Of a DNA stretch of 64,000 nt, positions 28,353 to 38,055 are shown piece by piece; position 1 is the first letter of the stretch; each line of letters starts with the position of its first letter. The notes under the pieces are model-generated. The model was not told the origin of the DNA. It did no database searches and saw only the letters and a list, made by a program, of their open reading frames with translations. This stretch comes from a virus (lineage: Duplodnaviria > Caudoviricetes), in IMG/VR virus record IMGVR_UViG_2921119228_000004, positions 13,876 through 77,875 of that record. The stretch is one strand, 5' to 3'. The position numbers and the translations under genes are program-made.

Positions 28353-28886
28353 CTACCGCCCAGATGCTATCGTTTCCTTCGGATCCGCTTCTCCTGCTTT
28401 TGTCGGTTTGAGAAGGTTTATCTCTATCAGGGAAGCGGTAAGCCCGAAAAAATCTCCTATCTCCATTCTGTTTATGATTTTTAGGGTAAGAGCGTTCACT
28501 TTACTTGGTGAAAGTTGTTTCAAGATCTTATCGGATAAAACAGCCCTGTTATCAATCGTAACCTTTTTGCGTGTGCGTACCAAACCGAATAAAGACTTTT
28601 GAACTACGGTTGCTTCTGTTGTTATATTCTCAGCTCCTAAAATGAGAGTAGCTACAATATCGCCTAAAACCTTACACTCTTTCGCAATACGGAGCGATTC
28701 AAATGTAACCAGGCTTTTATCTAACTCTACTTTAGGAAGCTGAGAAATAAGTTCAGAGGCAAGGATAAGAGTAGCAATAGAAGGAGGTGCAACCTCGTAT
28801 GTTTCTTGTCCTATCTGTATAGAATACGGCTTTTGTAAGATCGTATCAGACACAAGCCCTTCTATGTTGTCTTTTTCCTTGTTCAT
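28353..28886 (-). CDS. tail assembly chaperone
   Basis: Between tail tube and tape measure genes. Confidence 0.75.
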   Translation of the reverse strand: MNKEKDNIEGLVSDTILQKPYSIQIGQETYEVAPPSIATLILASELISQLPKVELDKSLVTFESLRIAKECKVLGDIVATLILGAENITTEATVVQKSLFGLVRTRKKVTIDNRAVLSDKILKQLSPSKVNALTLKIINRMEIGDFFGLTASLIEINLLKPTKAGEADPKETIASGR

Positions 28887-28893
28887 AGTTCAA

Positions 28894-29367
28894 TTAACCT
28901 ACAGCTAATGAATTTGCTTTTTTATACTTCTCAATCATTTTACCCGTCTTGGGCTTCAATGAGCTAAAGATGTATTTTAGCATTTTACCCTTTGCGGACG
29001 ACCATTCTTCTTCAACCTCAACAGAGCATTTACGCATGATGAATCCATCCAGCGTATCATCTTCAGGAGTAAGGCGTACTGCATATTCATCTTTTACAAC
29101 TCCGTCCTCTTCTGGAATAGGATCCCCTGTGCCAGAAGGAATAAACACACTCATAGCAAGCTGCTTATAAGACTTTTGCATTTTTCGAGCTACCAGTTCA
29201 TGCCCTTCTCCGTACAATTCTTGCGCACTTCCTTTTACAGTTGTAAGAAGAACTGTATTTTCTTCGGCTGTGGGCATTGTTTTGAAACTGGAAGGAGCTG
29301 CATCTTCAGCACCAGTTAGCCCAAATTCGACCAGGGGTTTACCCCATGTAATACCACTGTTTGCCAT
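28894..29367 (-). CDS. major tail tube protein
   Basis: Synteny, 157 aa, beta-rich. Confidence 0.7.
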   Translation of the reverse strand: MANSGITWGKPLVEFGLTGAEDAAPSSFKTMPTAEENTVLLTTVKGSAQELYGEGHELVARKMQKSYKQLAMSVFIPSGTGDPIPEEDGVVKDEYAVRLTPEDDTLDGFIMRKCSVEVEEEWSSAKGKMLKYIFSSLKPKTGKMIEKYKKANSLAVG

Positions 29368-29370
29368 AAC

Positions 29371-29778
29371 TTAAAATGTTTTTAGTTCAAAATTGATCTT
29401 TACGTTTACAAAGTGCATAGCTACCTTTTCTGCTTTGTAGCTTTTAATTGTTGCACCTAAAGAAAATCTGTAATCAGTAGGTTTCAAGGATCTAACAACC
29501 TCATCGGCTTTGCGTGCCAGATAACGGCATCTGCCAACATCTTTAACCAATACCTTACTGCCATTGTCTTTGTCGGGAACATAAATATTTACCGTTACGG
29601 AGCCAGTTTGAAACTGCCCATCCAAACCAGTAAGAAATGATACAATTATATCCTCTTCCATAGGGTTTAGATCTCGTGTTCCTTCACGATAAACGTTACC
29701 TTTTATTTCCTTTGCAAGTTGGCTGTTTGTGATAATGTTGAAAACGTCCAGCTCTATTTCATCACCTGTCTTATTCAT
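29371..29778 (-). CDS. tail terminator/completion protein
   Basis: Synteny. Confidence 0.6.
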   Translation of the reverse strand: MNKTGDEIELDVFNIITNSQLAKEIKGNVYREGTRDLNPMEEDIIVSFLTGLDGQFQTGSVTVNIYVPDKDNGSKVLVKDVGRCRYLARKADEVVRSLKPTDYRFSLGATIKSYKAEKVAMHFVNVKINFELKTF

Positions 29779-30212
29779 TTCATTTCAAAGCCTAATTGTT
29801 TCATAATCTGAGGTACAAGTTTGTTAGCCAGCAGTTCGGAAGAAGTAAGGACATTATAATTACGGGCTTCTACATAAGCTGCGTAACTCATTCCAGTAGA
29901 TACAATCAAGACAATACCGTTTTGATAGTTCTTTTTCAAGCTATCCAAATGCTTCTTTCCGTTTTGCCCACCTTTTGTGTTGGCAAAAGCACTTTCTTCC
30001 ATAACTTCACCATTAAAAAGCACGGCATAACCGATAGAGTTTCTAAGGTTTCCCGTTCTGTCTGTATAGTTGCCGTTTAAACGGGCTTCTTTCAGACACG
30101 CTTCACCGACATAGATAAAAGCCTTAATAGCTCTACCTATAATGGCTTTCTTGGTATCATCAAGAAAGTTGCTAAAAGCACTATCCGGCGTTTTCTTCGT
30201 GAATCCCATCAA
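29775..30212 (-). CDS. HK97 gp10-like tail completion protein
   Basis: YTDRTGNLRNSI and YAAYVE motifs. Confidence 0.75.
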   Translation of the reverse strand: MMGFTKKTPDSAFSNFLDDTKKAIIGRAIKAFIYVGEACLKEARLNGNYTDRTGNLRNSIGYAVLFNGEVMEESAFANTKGGQNGKKHLDSLKKNYQNGIVLIVSTGMSYAAYVEARNYNVLTSSELLANKLVPQIMKQLGFEMK

Positions 30213-30520
30213 ACCGTAATCTTTACTCTTCCTGAGCGATTAACAAACTCAATATCCTGTACTTCAAACTCACCCAAAAACTGTGTTCTATCATTGGTAA
30301 GTTTTACCGTATCAGCTTGAAAATCCCTACTTTCAATTAGGATCTCATAGCTTTTATCAGTAAACTTACCTTGTTGATAGATTGTGTTGCTATGCTTTAC
30401 CGTTTTGTACAGACAACGTATAGGCTCACTCCATGATACGGTAGAGATAATCGGCTCACCGTTACCATCCAAACCGCCACCAGATAAAACCTTATACTGT
30501 ATTGTTCCGTTGTATTGCAT
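30209..30520 (-). CDS. head closure protein
   Basis: Synteny. Confidence 0.6.
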   Translation of the reverse strand: MQYNGTIQYKVLSGGGLDGNGEPIISTVSWSEPIRCLYKTVKHSNTIYQQGKFTDKSYEILIESRDFQADTVKLTNDRTQFLGEFEVQDIEFVNRSGRVKITV

Positions 30521-30523
30521 AAC

Positions 30524-30850
30524 TTACCATTGGTTAGAACCGTCTGATACAGAAGATTCTTCGACAAAATCAGAGCTATCTATATTGTACTCCCTACAAA
30601 TAGCGGAGATACTTTTATTAATACGATCCGCATCCCACCCGTCAGAAATTCCACTTTCCGAATGGCTGTTTTCAGTCATTCCCTTAACGACACTGATAGC
30701 AGCCTTCACCAGTTCAACATCTTTGGGGATGAAGTTTTTAGAAGGATCTATACCATTATCCAAAAGGGTAAATTCAAGTACATTCTGATCCGGGTAGAAG
30801 CCGGAACATATTTTAGTGCATAAAGCACGGATAGCGTCTAAATTCGTCAT
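30524..30850 (-). CDS. head-tail connector protein
   Basis: Synteny, helical ~108 aa. Confidence 0.6.
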   Translation of the reverse strand: MTNLDAIRALCTKICSGFYPDQNVLEFTLLDNGIDPSKNFIPKDVELVKAAISVVKGMTENSHSESGISDGWDADRINKSISAICREYNIDSSDFVEESSVSDGSNQW

Positions 30851-30853
30851 AGG

Positions 30854-31201
30854 TTACTCTTTACATAAGATTTCAGAAAGAGCCTTGTTTTGCTCTTCTG
30901 TAAGTTCACCGAGCTTGTTGGTGATTGCTTGAACGCCAGCATTTTTATTGATTGAAACGCCAATCTCAGCCAAAGCACCTTTTACAGCACCGATTTCAAA
31001 CTCTTTATCAAAAAGGCTAATTTTTTCGGGTTTCTTTTCTTCTTTGTTAGCCTCCTTGATAGCAGAAATACTGCAAATTCCTCGTGAAACAAGATTATTT
31101 ACACGATCCAAATCGCTTGTTGATAGAGTTTCACCGACTTGGTAGATTTTCTCCTTGTTGTCCTTGTCTTGGAACTTCTTTAATACTTTTAATGTTACCA
31201 T
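30854..31201 (-). CDS. hypothetical head-module protein
   Basis: ORF downstream of capsid gene. Confidence 0.65.
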   Translation of the reverse strand: MVTLKVLKKFQDKDNKEKIYQVGETLSTSDLDRVNNLVSRGICSISAIKEANKEEKKPEKISLFDKEFEIGAVKGALAEIGVSINKNAGVQAITNKLGELTEEQNKALSEILCKE

Positions 31202-31213
31202 ATTGCATCGTTT

Positions 31214-32443
31214 TTAGCCGACCAAAGAAGCTGCTGCTGCCTTCTGATCGAATTGTTCTTTCGTATAAAAAGTTACTCCCTCTACTGCTTCTTCCGGCTC
31301 TTCAAAGCCTCTAACTTGCAAGCAGACAATACCGTTAATTTCAGTGATAACCGGGATCAAACGGGCAGATCCTTGTGTATATTCACCAGCCTTTTGCCCT
31401 GTAGATTCACCAGTACGCCATTTGGCTATACGAATACCGTTACCAGCATTCATGTAATCTACATTGTCCTCTTCAAACAGCTCGTTATCTTCAATAGAAG
31501 GCTGGATAAAGCCAATCTTTCCAGCAGGTTTAAATACAATCATATTGTGATTCCAGGGATCTAACGGCTCACGTTCTCCGTCCTTTTCAATACCCACAAG
31601 ACGGGTGATCTCACGAACTTTAGGCAGACCGTTATCAGCAAACAAGGTGTTCAAGTCTGGGATAGTAACAACCTTGCCGGATTTGTCCTTACCGTAGGCT
31701 GCTTCTCGAATTGTAATATCTCTTCGGATAAATGCAAGCAGTTCAGGAGCCATCAGTAACTCTTCAAATACGACACCTTTGTTTTTGAACAAGGTAACGA
31801 TCATGGTAAGAGTTAGAATAATATCCAACTTGCCAGCTTTTGAGTTAGCGTCATTCCACAATAAGGCTGAAACGAGTTTGTTAGCTTCATCCATCAGGTA
31901 ATCAATTTCAAACTCACGTCCACCAGGATTGTTGATAGAAGGAATGAAACGACAAACACCGAAGTTTGATATAGCTTTCAGAATCATAAAATCAGCAGTA
32001 TCTTTGCAGCCCAGATAAGCGTTTTCCACATCGTTACGCAAAGTCTTTTCAATCTGCTTAACCTTTTGACCGTCTTTCAAGAACGGAGATTTATAAACTT
32101 CCAACAACTTGCGGTAAGTGGAAGCCTTCATAAAGAACTTATGTCCGACACGTGGAATTTCTTCATTCCAAATATCAAAACCGTCAGAACGTCTTAACGG
32201 AGTGGGGGATTCATCACCGATCAGGGTTGCCATCACACGCAAATGATATTTGCCCATAATACCCTCAGCTCTCAAAGAGAGTTGCGGAGCCTCCCAATCA
32301 AACCACTCATCCGAATAAGTTTTCTGGAATAATGCTACTTCACGTTCTGAAGCCTTATCCAGTGTCTTTTTCCACGTTGCGAGAAAATCAATAGGTTTGC
32401 CATCTTTAAACAAACCAGTAAAAGTTGAATAAATAGATTTCAT
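31214..32443 (-). CDS. major capsid protein
   Basis: 409 aa following scaffold and decoration genes. Confidence 0.8.
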   Translation of the reverse strand: MKSIYSTFTGLFKDGKPIDFLATWKKTLDKASEREVALFQKTYSDEWFDWEAPQLSLRAEGIMGKYHLRVMATLIGDESPTPLRRSDGFDIWNEEIPRVGHKFFMKASTYRKLLEVYKSPFLKDGQKVKQIEKTLRNDVENAYLGCKDTADFMILKAISNFGVCRFIPSINNPGGREFEIDYLMDEANKLVSALLWNDANSKAGKLDIILTLTMIVTLFKNKGVVFEELLMAPELLAFIRRDITIREAAYGKDKSGKVVTIPDLNTLFADNGLPKVREITRLVGIEKDGEREPLDPWNHNMIVFKPAGKIGFIQPSIEDNELFEEDNVDYMNAGNGIRIAKWRTGESTGQKAGEYTQGSARLIPVITEINGIVCLQVRGFEEPEEAVEGVTFYTKEQFDQKAAAASLVG

Positions 32444-32456
32444 TTAGCACCTCCTT

Positions 32457-33104
32457 TTAATAAGTTTGCGACAATCGAATGTGAGAGTTCGCTTTTAAAT
32501 AGCGTTTCGTGCTATCCTTCATGCTGTCGGGAATAGGCAAAACACGTCTTTCCATTACAGCATATTGCATAGTGTCCTCTGTAACATCTATGGCTGTTTC
32601 AAACTCTTTTACAGTAACTTCTTCGATTGTTAAAGAGTTAGGTTCACCAATAACAGCAGCATTAGTAGAGCTTTCAACAACCTCTACAAGCACATCATCT
32701 ACTGCCAAACCTGAGATCTCAGCAGAAAGTGTAATTACATACGGAGCGTTTGACACACCAGGCTTTTCAATAGACACAATAGAAGGTGCATTTTCAAAAG
32801 TTCCACTAACGGATTTAGCTTGTAACAGCTTATCTCCAACAGAAAAGCAGGGTGAACAATAGCCATTTGAATACAAAGTGATAACTTTCTTATCCTTTGT
32901 GCCGATAGCTTTAACCTTCGCTGTTTTTACAATCTGTACCTTTCTTGTAACTTCATCGAAAATAGCGAGTGTTCCGGCAGGGATAATATCACCTACAGAA
33001 AAACGCTGTTTCTCCCGATCCAGATTAAAACCGCCTGGTACAATTTGCGGACTGCCTGTGAAAATCGGTTTTTCACCGACAAATGAGATTTTTGTTCGTT
33101 TCAT
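32457..33104 (-). CDS. head decoration protein
   Basis: Between scaffold and capsid genes. Confidence 0.6.
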   Translation of the reverse strand: MKRTKISFVGEKPIFTGSPQIVPGGFNLDREKQRFSVGDIIPAGTLAIFDEVTRKVQIVKTAKVKAIGTKDKKVITLYSNGYCSPCFSVGDKLLQAKSVSGTFENAPSIVSIEKPGVSNAPYVITLSAEISGLAVDDVLVEVVESSTNAAVIGEPNSLTIEEVTVKEFETAIDVTEDTMQYAVMERRVLPIPDSMKDSTKRYLKANSHIRLSQTY

Positions 33105-33115
33105 TGTAAAATGAT

Positions 33116-33703
33116 TTATTTAACAATAATTGATTCCAGCAACGCATCAGAAGCCTCTTCAACATTCTTTGCGTTTGCTGTTTTTACACTCTCTGGATCT
33201 TCCGAAATAAGGTTTTGAGTTATTAAGTCTTGTTTCAGACCAGCGCAATAAGCATCTGGATCCTCTTCATCAGGAATAACCAAACCTTTTCTTCTCCATT
33301 CGGGAATACCATGCTTGTTAAGAGCTGCTTGAACGGCTGTTTCACGATCTTTCTTAGCTTGCTCTTGTTTCATTTTATCCATTTCCGCTTGAAGTTCGGA
33401 GATCCGTTTGTTTGGATCGTTATCAGGTTCCTTTGGCTCCTTCGGTTCTTTAGGTTCTTTGGGTTCCTTCGGTTCTTTTGGCTCCTTTGGTTCCTTCGCT
33501 TTGTTAGCCCACCTGGTAGCTTCTCCTTGACTTTCTTTTGCCACATCCGCTATTTGGTTTGCTACTTTTTCGATTTCCGCTTCATCAGTAGAATCATCCT
33601 CAATGCTGCCACCCATTTTTTCGGTTATCGCAGTAAGGTACTTCTCTGATAAACCAGTGTCCTTACATAAGTCTTTGACTTTCTTAAAGAGTGTCTTATT
33701 CAT
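33116..33703 (-). CDS. capsid scaffolding protein with (KEP)7 tract
   Basis: Acidic coiled-coil protein first in head operon; imperfect 9-bp repeats ~33426-33498. Confidence 0.7.
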   Translation of the reverse strand: MNKTLFKKVKDLCKDTGLSEKYLTAITEKMGGSIEDDSTDEAEIEKVANQIADVAKESQGEATRWANKAKEPKEPKEPKEPKEPKEPKEPKEPDNDPNKRISELQAEMDKMKQEQAKKDRETAVQAALNKHGIPEWRRKGLVIPDEEDPDAYCAGLKQDLITQNLISEDPESVKTANAKNVEEASDALLESIIVK

Positions 33704-33727
33704 ATCAATATTACTTTAGTTATACTG

Positions 33728-34027
33728 CAAATGTAGGTAATATTTTCAATAACGGTGTATATATACGCCAGTGTTTTTTATACTTGTTTTCTTCAAAATC
33801 AGAGCTATAATCCTAAAATATCTATTTTAATAAGTAGAATAAATCAAAAAGCGTACATTCCCACAATGTTAAAAAATGCTTTTTCTGAAATTATTTTGCA
33901 GTGTTTTTGAAAAGCTATATATCTGATAATGATAATATTTCTATGTTTTACTTGGTAAATATTGGTAATATCACTTGAAAATATTACCTATTTCATTTGG
34001 TAATATTACCAATGTTACATATATTTG
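33728..34027. promoter_or_regulatory. divergent promoter pair with repeated GGTAATAT operator-like sites
   Basis: TAnnTTTG at 33728-33735 (-) and 34020-34027 (+); perfect palindrome TTGGTAATATTACCAA at 33997-34012 plus half-sites at 33736, 33964, 33981. Confidence 0.6.
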
Positions 34028-34081
34028 CAACGTAATAAAAACAGTTACACGAAAAGAATATAAAACTAAATACATTCAGAT

Positions 34082-34447
34082 ATGACACAGAAAGAATTTG
34101 AAGAAAGAACGGGTTTAAAACTATCGGCAGATGGTTATACGGAAGTAGAAGAGTGCTACATGAATACAGACCTTGATAAAGACGCTTTTTGTAAGTTGTG
34201 GATGGAGAACCCAACAGCCCTAAAAGAGATAGAGCGAAAGACGGTATTAGTACGTGAACTTTACGAAGAAAGAAAGTGCCTTACAAACCTTCTGATAGAT
34301 CAAGCTGAAAAGTGGAGCGCATCAGATTTGAGAGAAAAGGCAATCGCCATGATCGGGGAAAAAGAGTATCTAAGAAGAAAGATCGCCAAAGGGTACAATC
34401 TTTGGGATGCTGATAAAAAATTACTTGATGAAATTCTAAAAAAATAA
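34082..34447 (+). CDS. hypothetical protein
   Basis: First ORF after the + strand promoter. Confidence 0.75.
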   Translation: MTQKEFEERTGLKLSADGYTEVEECYMNTDLDKDAFCKLWMENPTALKEIERKTVLVRELYEERKCLTNLLIDQAEKWSASDLREKAIAMIGEKEYLRRKIAKGYNLWDADKKLLDEILKK

Positions 34448-34450
34448 ACT

Positions 34451-34591
34451 ATGAAACGATACTTCATAAACGGAAAAGAAATTAGCGAACAAGAAGCAAA
34501 AGCTATTGAAGCAAGAAACAAAGAATACATAAACAGTAACGACATTTCGCTTTGGGCTAAATGTAAGTTTATAACAGTTATCAATAAATAA
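34451..34591 (+). CDS. small hypothetical protein (46 aa)
   Basis: Manually translated MKRYFINGKEISEQEAKAI..., tightly packed. Confidence 0.55.
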   Translation: MKRYFINGKEISEQEAKAIEARNKEYINSNDISLWAKCKFITVINK

Positions 34592-34632
34592 TAACCAGTG
34601 GAGCTAAAGCCCCACATAATGCAACATCGGAT

Positions 34633-34872
34633 ATGAAAAACTTAATCAACATCAGAGTTTTACAGCATGATACAAACGATCAGATCCGTATCGGCATGGC
34701 TTATCCTATTATTGATCTGGATAAAGCGGAAAAGGATATAGTAGATAATTATGAGAAGAAAACCGCTTGGTGTGGTGGTTTTAAAGCTGCTTGTGAGAAA
34801 TATTACCAACGTATTGCTATTGTTCGTGCGGACACGCTGGAAGTGATACGCCCAATTTACCCCAATAAATAA
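34633..34872 (+). CDS. hypothetical protein
   Basis: 79-aa ORF in operon. Confidence 0.65.
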   Translation: MKNLINIRVLQHDTNDQIRIGMAYPIIDLDKAEKDIVDNYEKKTAWCGGFKAACEKYYQRIAIVRADTLEVIRPIYPNK

Positions 34873-34882
34873 TTATAGCCCT

Positions 34883-35062
34883 ATGAATGAATACACATAT
34901 ATAATTTTCGATCACAAGGGAAAACGCTTGGGCAAAATTGAATTTGGGAAACGAATAAGTGTACCATCAGCCAGCGAGATTGAAGAAGCCATAAAAGACG
35001 GTTTCCCCAATGGAGCGACTTATAAATTAATCGTGCCTATAAACGTATGTATAAGCCAATAG
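34883..35062 (+). CDS. small hypothetical protein (59 aa)
   Basis: Manually translated MNEYTYIIFDHKGK..., fills operon gap. Confidence 0.5.
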   Translation: MNEYTYIIFDHKGKRLGKIEFGKRISVPSASEIEEAIKDGFPNGATYKLIVPINVCISQ

Positions 35063-35066
35063 AGAT

Positions 35067-35594
35067 ATGAAAAGCAATGTTTTGAGGTTTGATTACTGGT
35101 TTTCTTTCAATTATAAACGGTTGCGAAGTATCTTAGGATGGCAGCTAAATGAGGACGTTTTTCACGATACTTATTTGCTTCTGAGAAAGGATCTACTATT
35201 TATAGACTTGCCAATAATAGACTTTGAGCCTTTATTTTGGGGAATTTATAAAAGAGCCAGGCTTCGGAACATAGCTAAAGAAAACCGATACTACAGACCT
35301 AATGAGATATTTTTCCAGTTAATAAGTATGGAAGAAGGTTTATCGGTTGAGGAGCTTGTAGAGCCGGATAAACTTGCAAAAGATATTCTTTCCTTCATTA
35401 AGCATAAATACCCGAAAAATGATTATAGGCTATTTAAGTTAAAAGTTTATGATACCGGGTGCTCTTATAAGGATCTTTCAGATTATACGGGTGTTTCAGT
35501 AAGCACCATATACCGTAAAATCAATTCAATAAATAATGCTATCCGAAGTAATATAAGTTTTGTAAACCGATATTCATGTATAGCAATCGTATAA
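35067..35594 (+). CDS. ECF-sigma-like / sigma-70 region 4 HTH regulator
   Basis: EDVFHDTYL (region 2-like) and SYKDLSDYTGVSVSTIYRKINSI HTH. Confidence 0.65.
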   Translation: MKSNVLRFDYWFSFNYKRLRSILGWQLNEDVFHDTYLLLRKDLLFIDLPIIDFEPLFWGIYKRARLRNIAKENRYYRPNEIFFQLISMEEGLSVEELVEPDKLAKDILSFIKHKYPKNDYRLFKLKVYDTGCSYKDLSDYTGVSVSTIYRKINSINNAIRSNISFVNRYSCIAIV

Positions 35595-35612
35595 TATTAA
35601 AATTTACCAATT

Positions 35613-36044
35613 ATGAAACTTGTAATATACAATAAAGAAAACAGCCAGCCAGTAGGACAACGCAACGGAGAAAGGACTTTGAGATTTAATCGTGAAAATG
35701 GTATGATCTACATTTCTAAGTCTTTTGCTGCTGAATTAGGCATTAAGGATATAGATAAAGTTCAGTTTGCCAATGATGAAGAAAATACAAAGGACTGGTT
35801 TATTTGCAAAACCGATAGCGAACAAGGTTTTTCTATCAAGTACGACAAAGGCGGTATTCGCTTTATGAATAAGTTCCTAAGTAATAAGATACTTGATTGT
35901 GCAAAAGTAAAGGATAACGCTTCCTTCCTTATGGAGAAGGAGCCTATTACAGTCGATGGTACTAAGTATTTTAAGATAATGCTTTCTTCTCCCATAATTG
36001 TAAAGCGTTCACCGAGTAAAAAGGCAACTATAGATAAACGCTAA
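35613..36044 (+). CDS. hypothetical protein
   Basis: 143-aa ORF. Confidence 0.7.
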   Translation: MKLVIYNKENSQPVGQRNGERTLRFNRENGMIYISKSFAAELGIKDIDKVQFANDEENTKDWFICKTDSEQGFSIKYDKGGIRFMNKFLSNKILDCAKVKDNASFLMEKEPITVDGTKYFKIMLSSPIIVKRSPSKKATIDKR

Positions 36045-36055
36045 ATAGAAAAGGT

Positions 36056-36262
36056 ATGAATACATTTTACATGGTATTTGTGGAAGGGTGTGCTACCCCA
36101 GCTTGCAAACATGATAGCTTGGATAGTGCGGAAAAAGAAGCGAAAAGGCTTGCAACTCTTTTAAAAAAGAAAGCATACGTTTTGTGTACTATAAAATCAG
36201 TTGAAGATACTCAATACAAAATTGAGGATTGCCGACCTGGTGAAAGTGATTTACCATTTTAA
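36056..36262 (+). CDS. hypothetical protein
   Basis: 68-aa ORF ending in DLPF. Confidence 0.65.
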   Translation: MNTFYMVFVEGCATPACKHDSLDSAEKEAKRLATLLKKKAYVLCTIKSVEDTQYKIEDCRPGESDLPF

Positions 36263-36274
36263 TTTATATGGAAA

Positions 36275-37347
36275 ATGCAAAAACATAAATTCCCCTATAA
36301 TTGGAGGCTTTCAGAAGCCAAATTCACGAAAGATAAAGGCAAAGTGTTCTCTTGTTTTGCGTGTGGTGGTGGCTCTACAATGGGTTACAAGTTAGCCGGA
36401 TTTGATGTAATTGGCTGCAATGAGATAGACGCAAAGGTTAATCGGTGTTATGTGGCTAACCACTCACCCCGATATAATTTTTTGGAAGATATACGAACAT
36501 TGAGAGAGAGAGAGAGAGAGAGCTACCGCCCGATCTTTACAATTTGGATATTTTGGACGGTTCTCCCCCATGCTCCACCTTCTCCATTGCCGGAAATCGT
36601 GAAAAGGATTGGGGTAAAGAAAAGAAATTCAGAGAGGGGCAATCTGCACAAGTTCTTGATACGCTTTTCTTTGATTTCATAGCTTTAGCAAGGGTATTAC
36701 AACCAAAAGTTGTAGTAGCCGAAAATGTGAAAGGTTTACTTATGGGAAGTGCAATAGACTATGTTAGGCGCATATATAAAGATTTTGATAACGCTGGCTA
36801 TTATTGTCAGCATTTCCTTCTTGATGCGTCAAAAATGGGTGTTCCTCAGAAAAGAGAACGGATCTTCTTTATTTGCATTAGACATGATTTAGGGATCAAT
36901 TTTTTGAAGGTATCTAATCTGTTTAACGTAGAGCCATATATAAACATGGAGTTTAACGAGGATCCTATAGTATATGGTGCTTTTGCGGATTATAAAGGAA
37001 GAGCCTATGAAGGCAGAATGAGAGAACTTTTTGAACTCAGGGAACAAGGGGATATAGCACTATCGGAAGCCTATAAAAAACTCACTGGTAAACGTGGCTT
37101 TTTTAACCAGCAGTTCTGTTATGAAGATAGAGTTTGTTATACATTGTCTGCACACCTGGATTCATTGATACCATTTAAGCAGCCCGTCTATCTATCCACT
37201 TCTGAGGTATGTAATATATCCACGTTCCCACAAGATTATAATTTTTGTGGTTTATCGCCACACTACATTTGTGGTATGAGTGTTCCACCCGTAATGATGG
37301 CTCAGATAGCCACACGTATTTATGAACAATGGTTGTCGAAATTATGA
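36275..37347 (+). CDS. C5-cytosine DNA methyltransferase frameshifted at an (AG)10 tract (probably phase-variable, OFF as sequenced)
   Basis: Motif I FACGGG in the first ORF; GSPPC, ENVKG, PQKRER, GMSVPP in the second; removing one AG unit joins them into 356 aa. Confidence 0.9.
36502..36522 (+). repeat. GA dinucleotide SSR (21 nt)
   Basis: gagagagagagagagagagag inside the methyltransferase gene. Confidence 0.95.
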
Positions 37348-37529
37348 AAGGAATAACTAAAGCAGCAAAGCAAGCCAACGGACGAAGCCAGGCTTGCACT
37401 ACGTGTCCTCTAAATCGAAGTAGAGGTGTTTGTTTACCCGAAATACAAAGGGTTTGCTCAGATGCGTTTGTAGAAGGATTTAAAAAAGGTGTAAAATGGC
37501 TGCAAAAGCAGCAGGAAAACAACTGTTGA
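37329..37529 (+). CDS. small Cys-rich hypothetical protein
   Basis: CTTCP..C..C; coupled ORF. Confidence 0.55.
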   Translation: MVVEIMKGITKAAKQANGRSQACTTCPLNRSRGVCLPEIQRVCSDAFVEGFKKGVKWLQKQQENNC

Positions 37530-37530
37530 A

Positions 37531-38055
37531 ATGGCACAAGAAAGCATAGACTACTTTATACAGATGGCAAAGGACTACGCCAAAGCTAAAAAGGATTTAG
37601 AGGTTCAGCATTGGGTTTTTGTGAATTTCGAGCGCAAAGATGAAAGTAATAACTATGTACGCTTATTCAGTTACGATTTACCACGTGAAGTTTACGAACA
37701 TAGAAAGTGGGTAGTAGAATGGAGAAAGGCAAAACTTGTTTGCCAATATCCAAAAGGGTGTGTACGATACACGTTGCATTTCTATGATAAGCGTTTGGGT
37801 AACAACATACAACTGAATAAGGATTTGAATCGGCTTATATCGGCAAAGGCTCAGGTTACAAAGGCTCAACGCAATATTGATAAATATGTAGCCTACAATA
37901 AGGCTCATAATCTGTTTTTCGATGAGAGTACCGATACGGATTTATTGAAAGCTCGTGAGAAACTTGAAGCTAAAATAATCAACGTAAAGGAGGCAGAAGA
38001 AAGAATGAGATTAAAAATCAAACAAATACAGGAGGGAAGAAATGACAAAAATTAA
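37531..38055 (+). CDS. hypothetical protein
   Basis: 174-aa ORF. Confidence 0.7.
   Translation: MAQESIDYFIQMAKDYAKAKKDLEVQHWVFVNFERKDESNNYVRLFSYDLPREVYEHRKWVVEWRKAKLVCQYPKGCVRYTLHFYDKRLGNNIQLNKDLNRLISAKAQVTKAQRNIDKYVAYNKAHNLFFDESTDTDLLKAREKLEAKIINVKEAEERMRLKIKQIQEGRNDKN

Noticed and set aside
23111-33649. Numerous + strand ORFs opposite the structural genes
   Set aside because: Antisense shadows of long - strand phage genes with no recognisable motifs.
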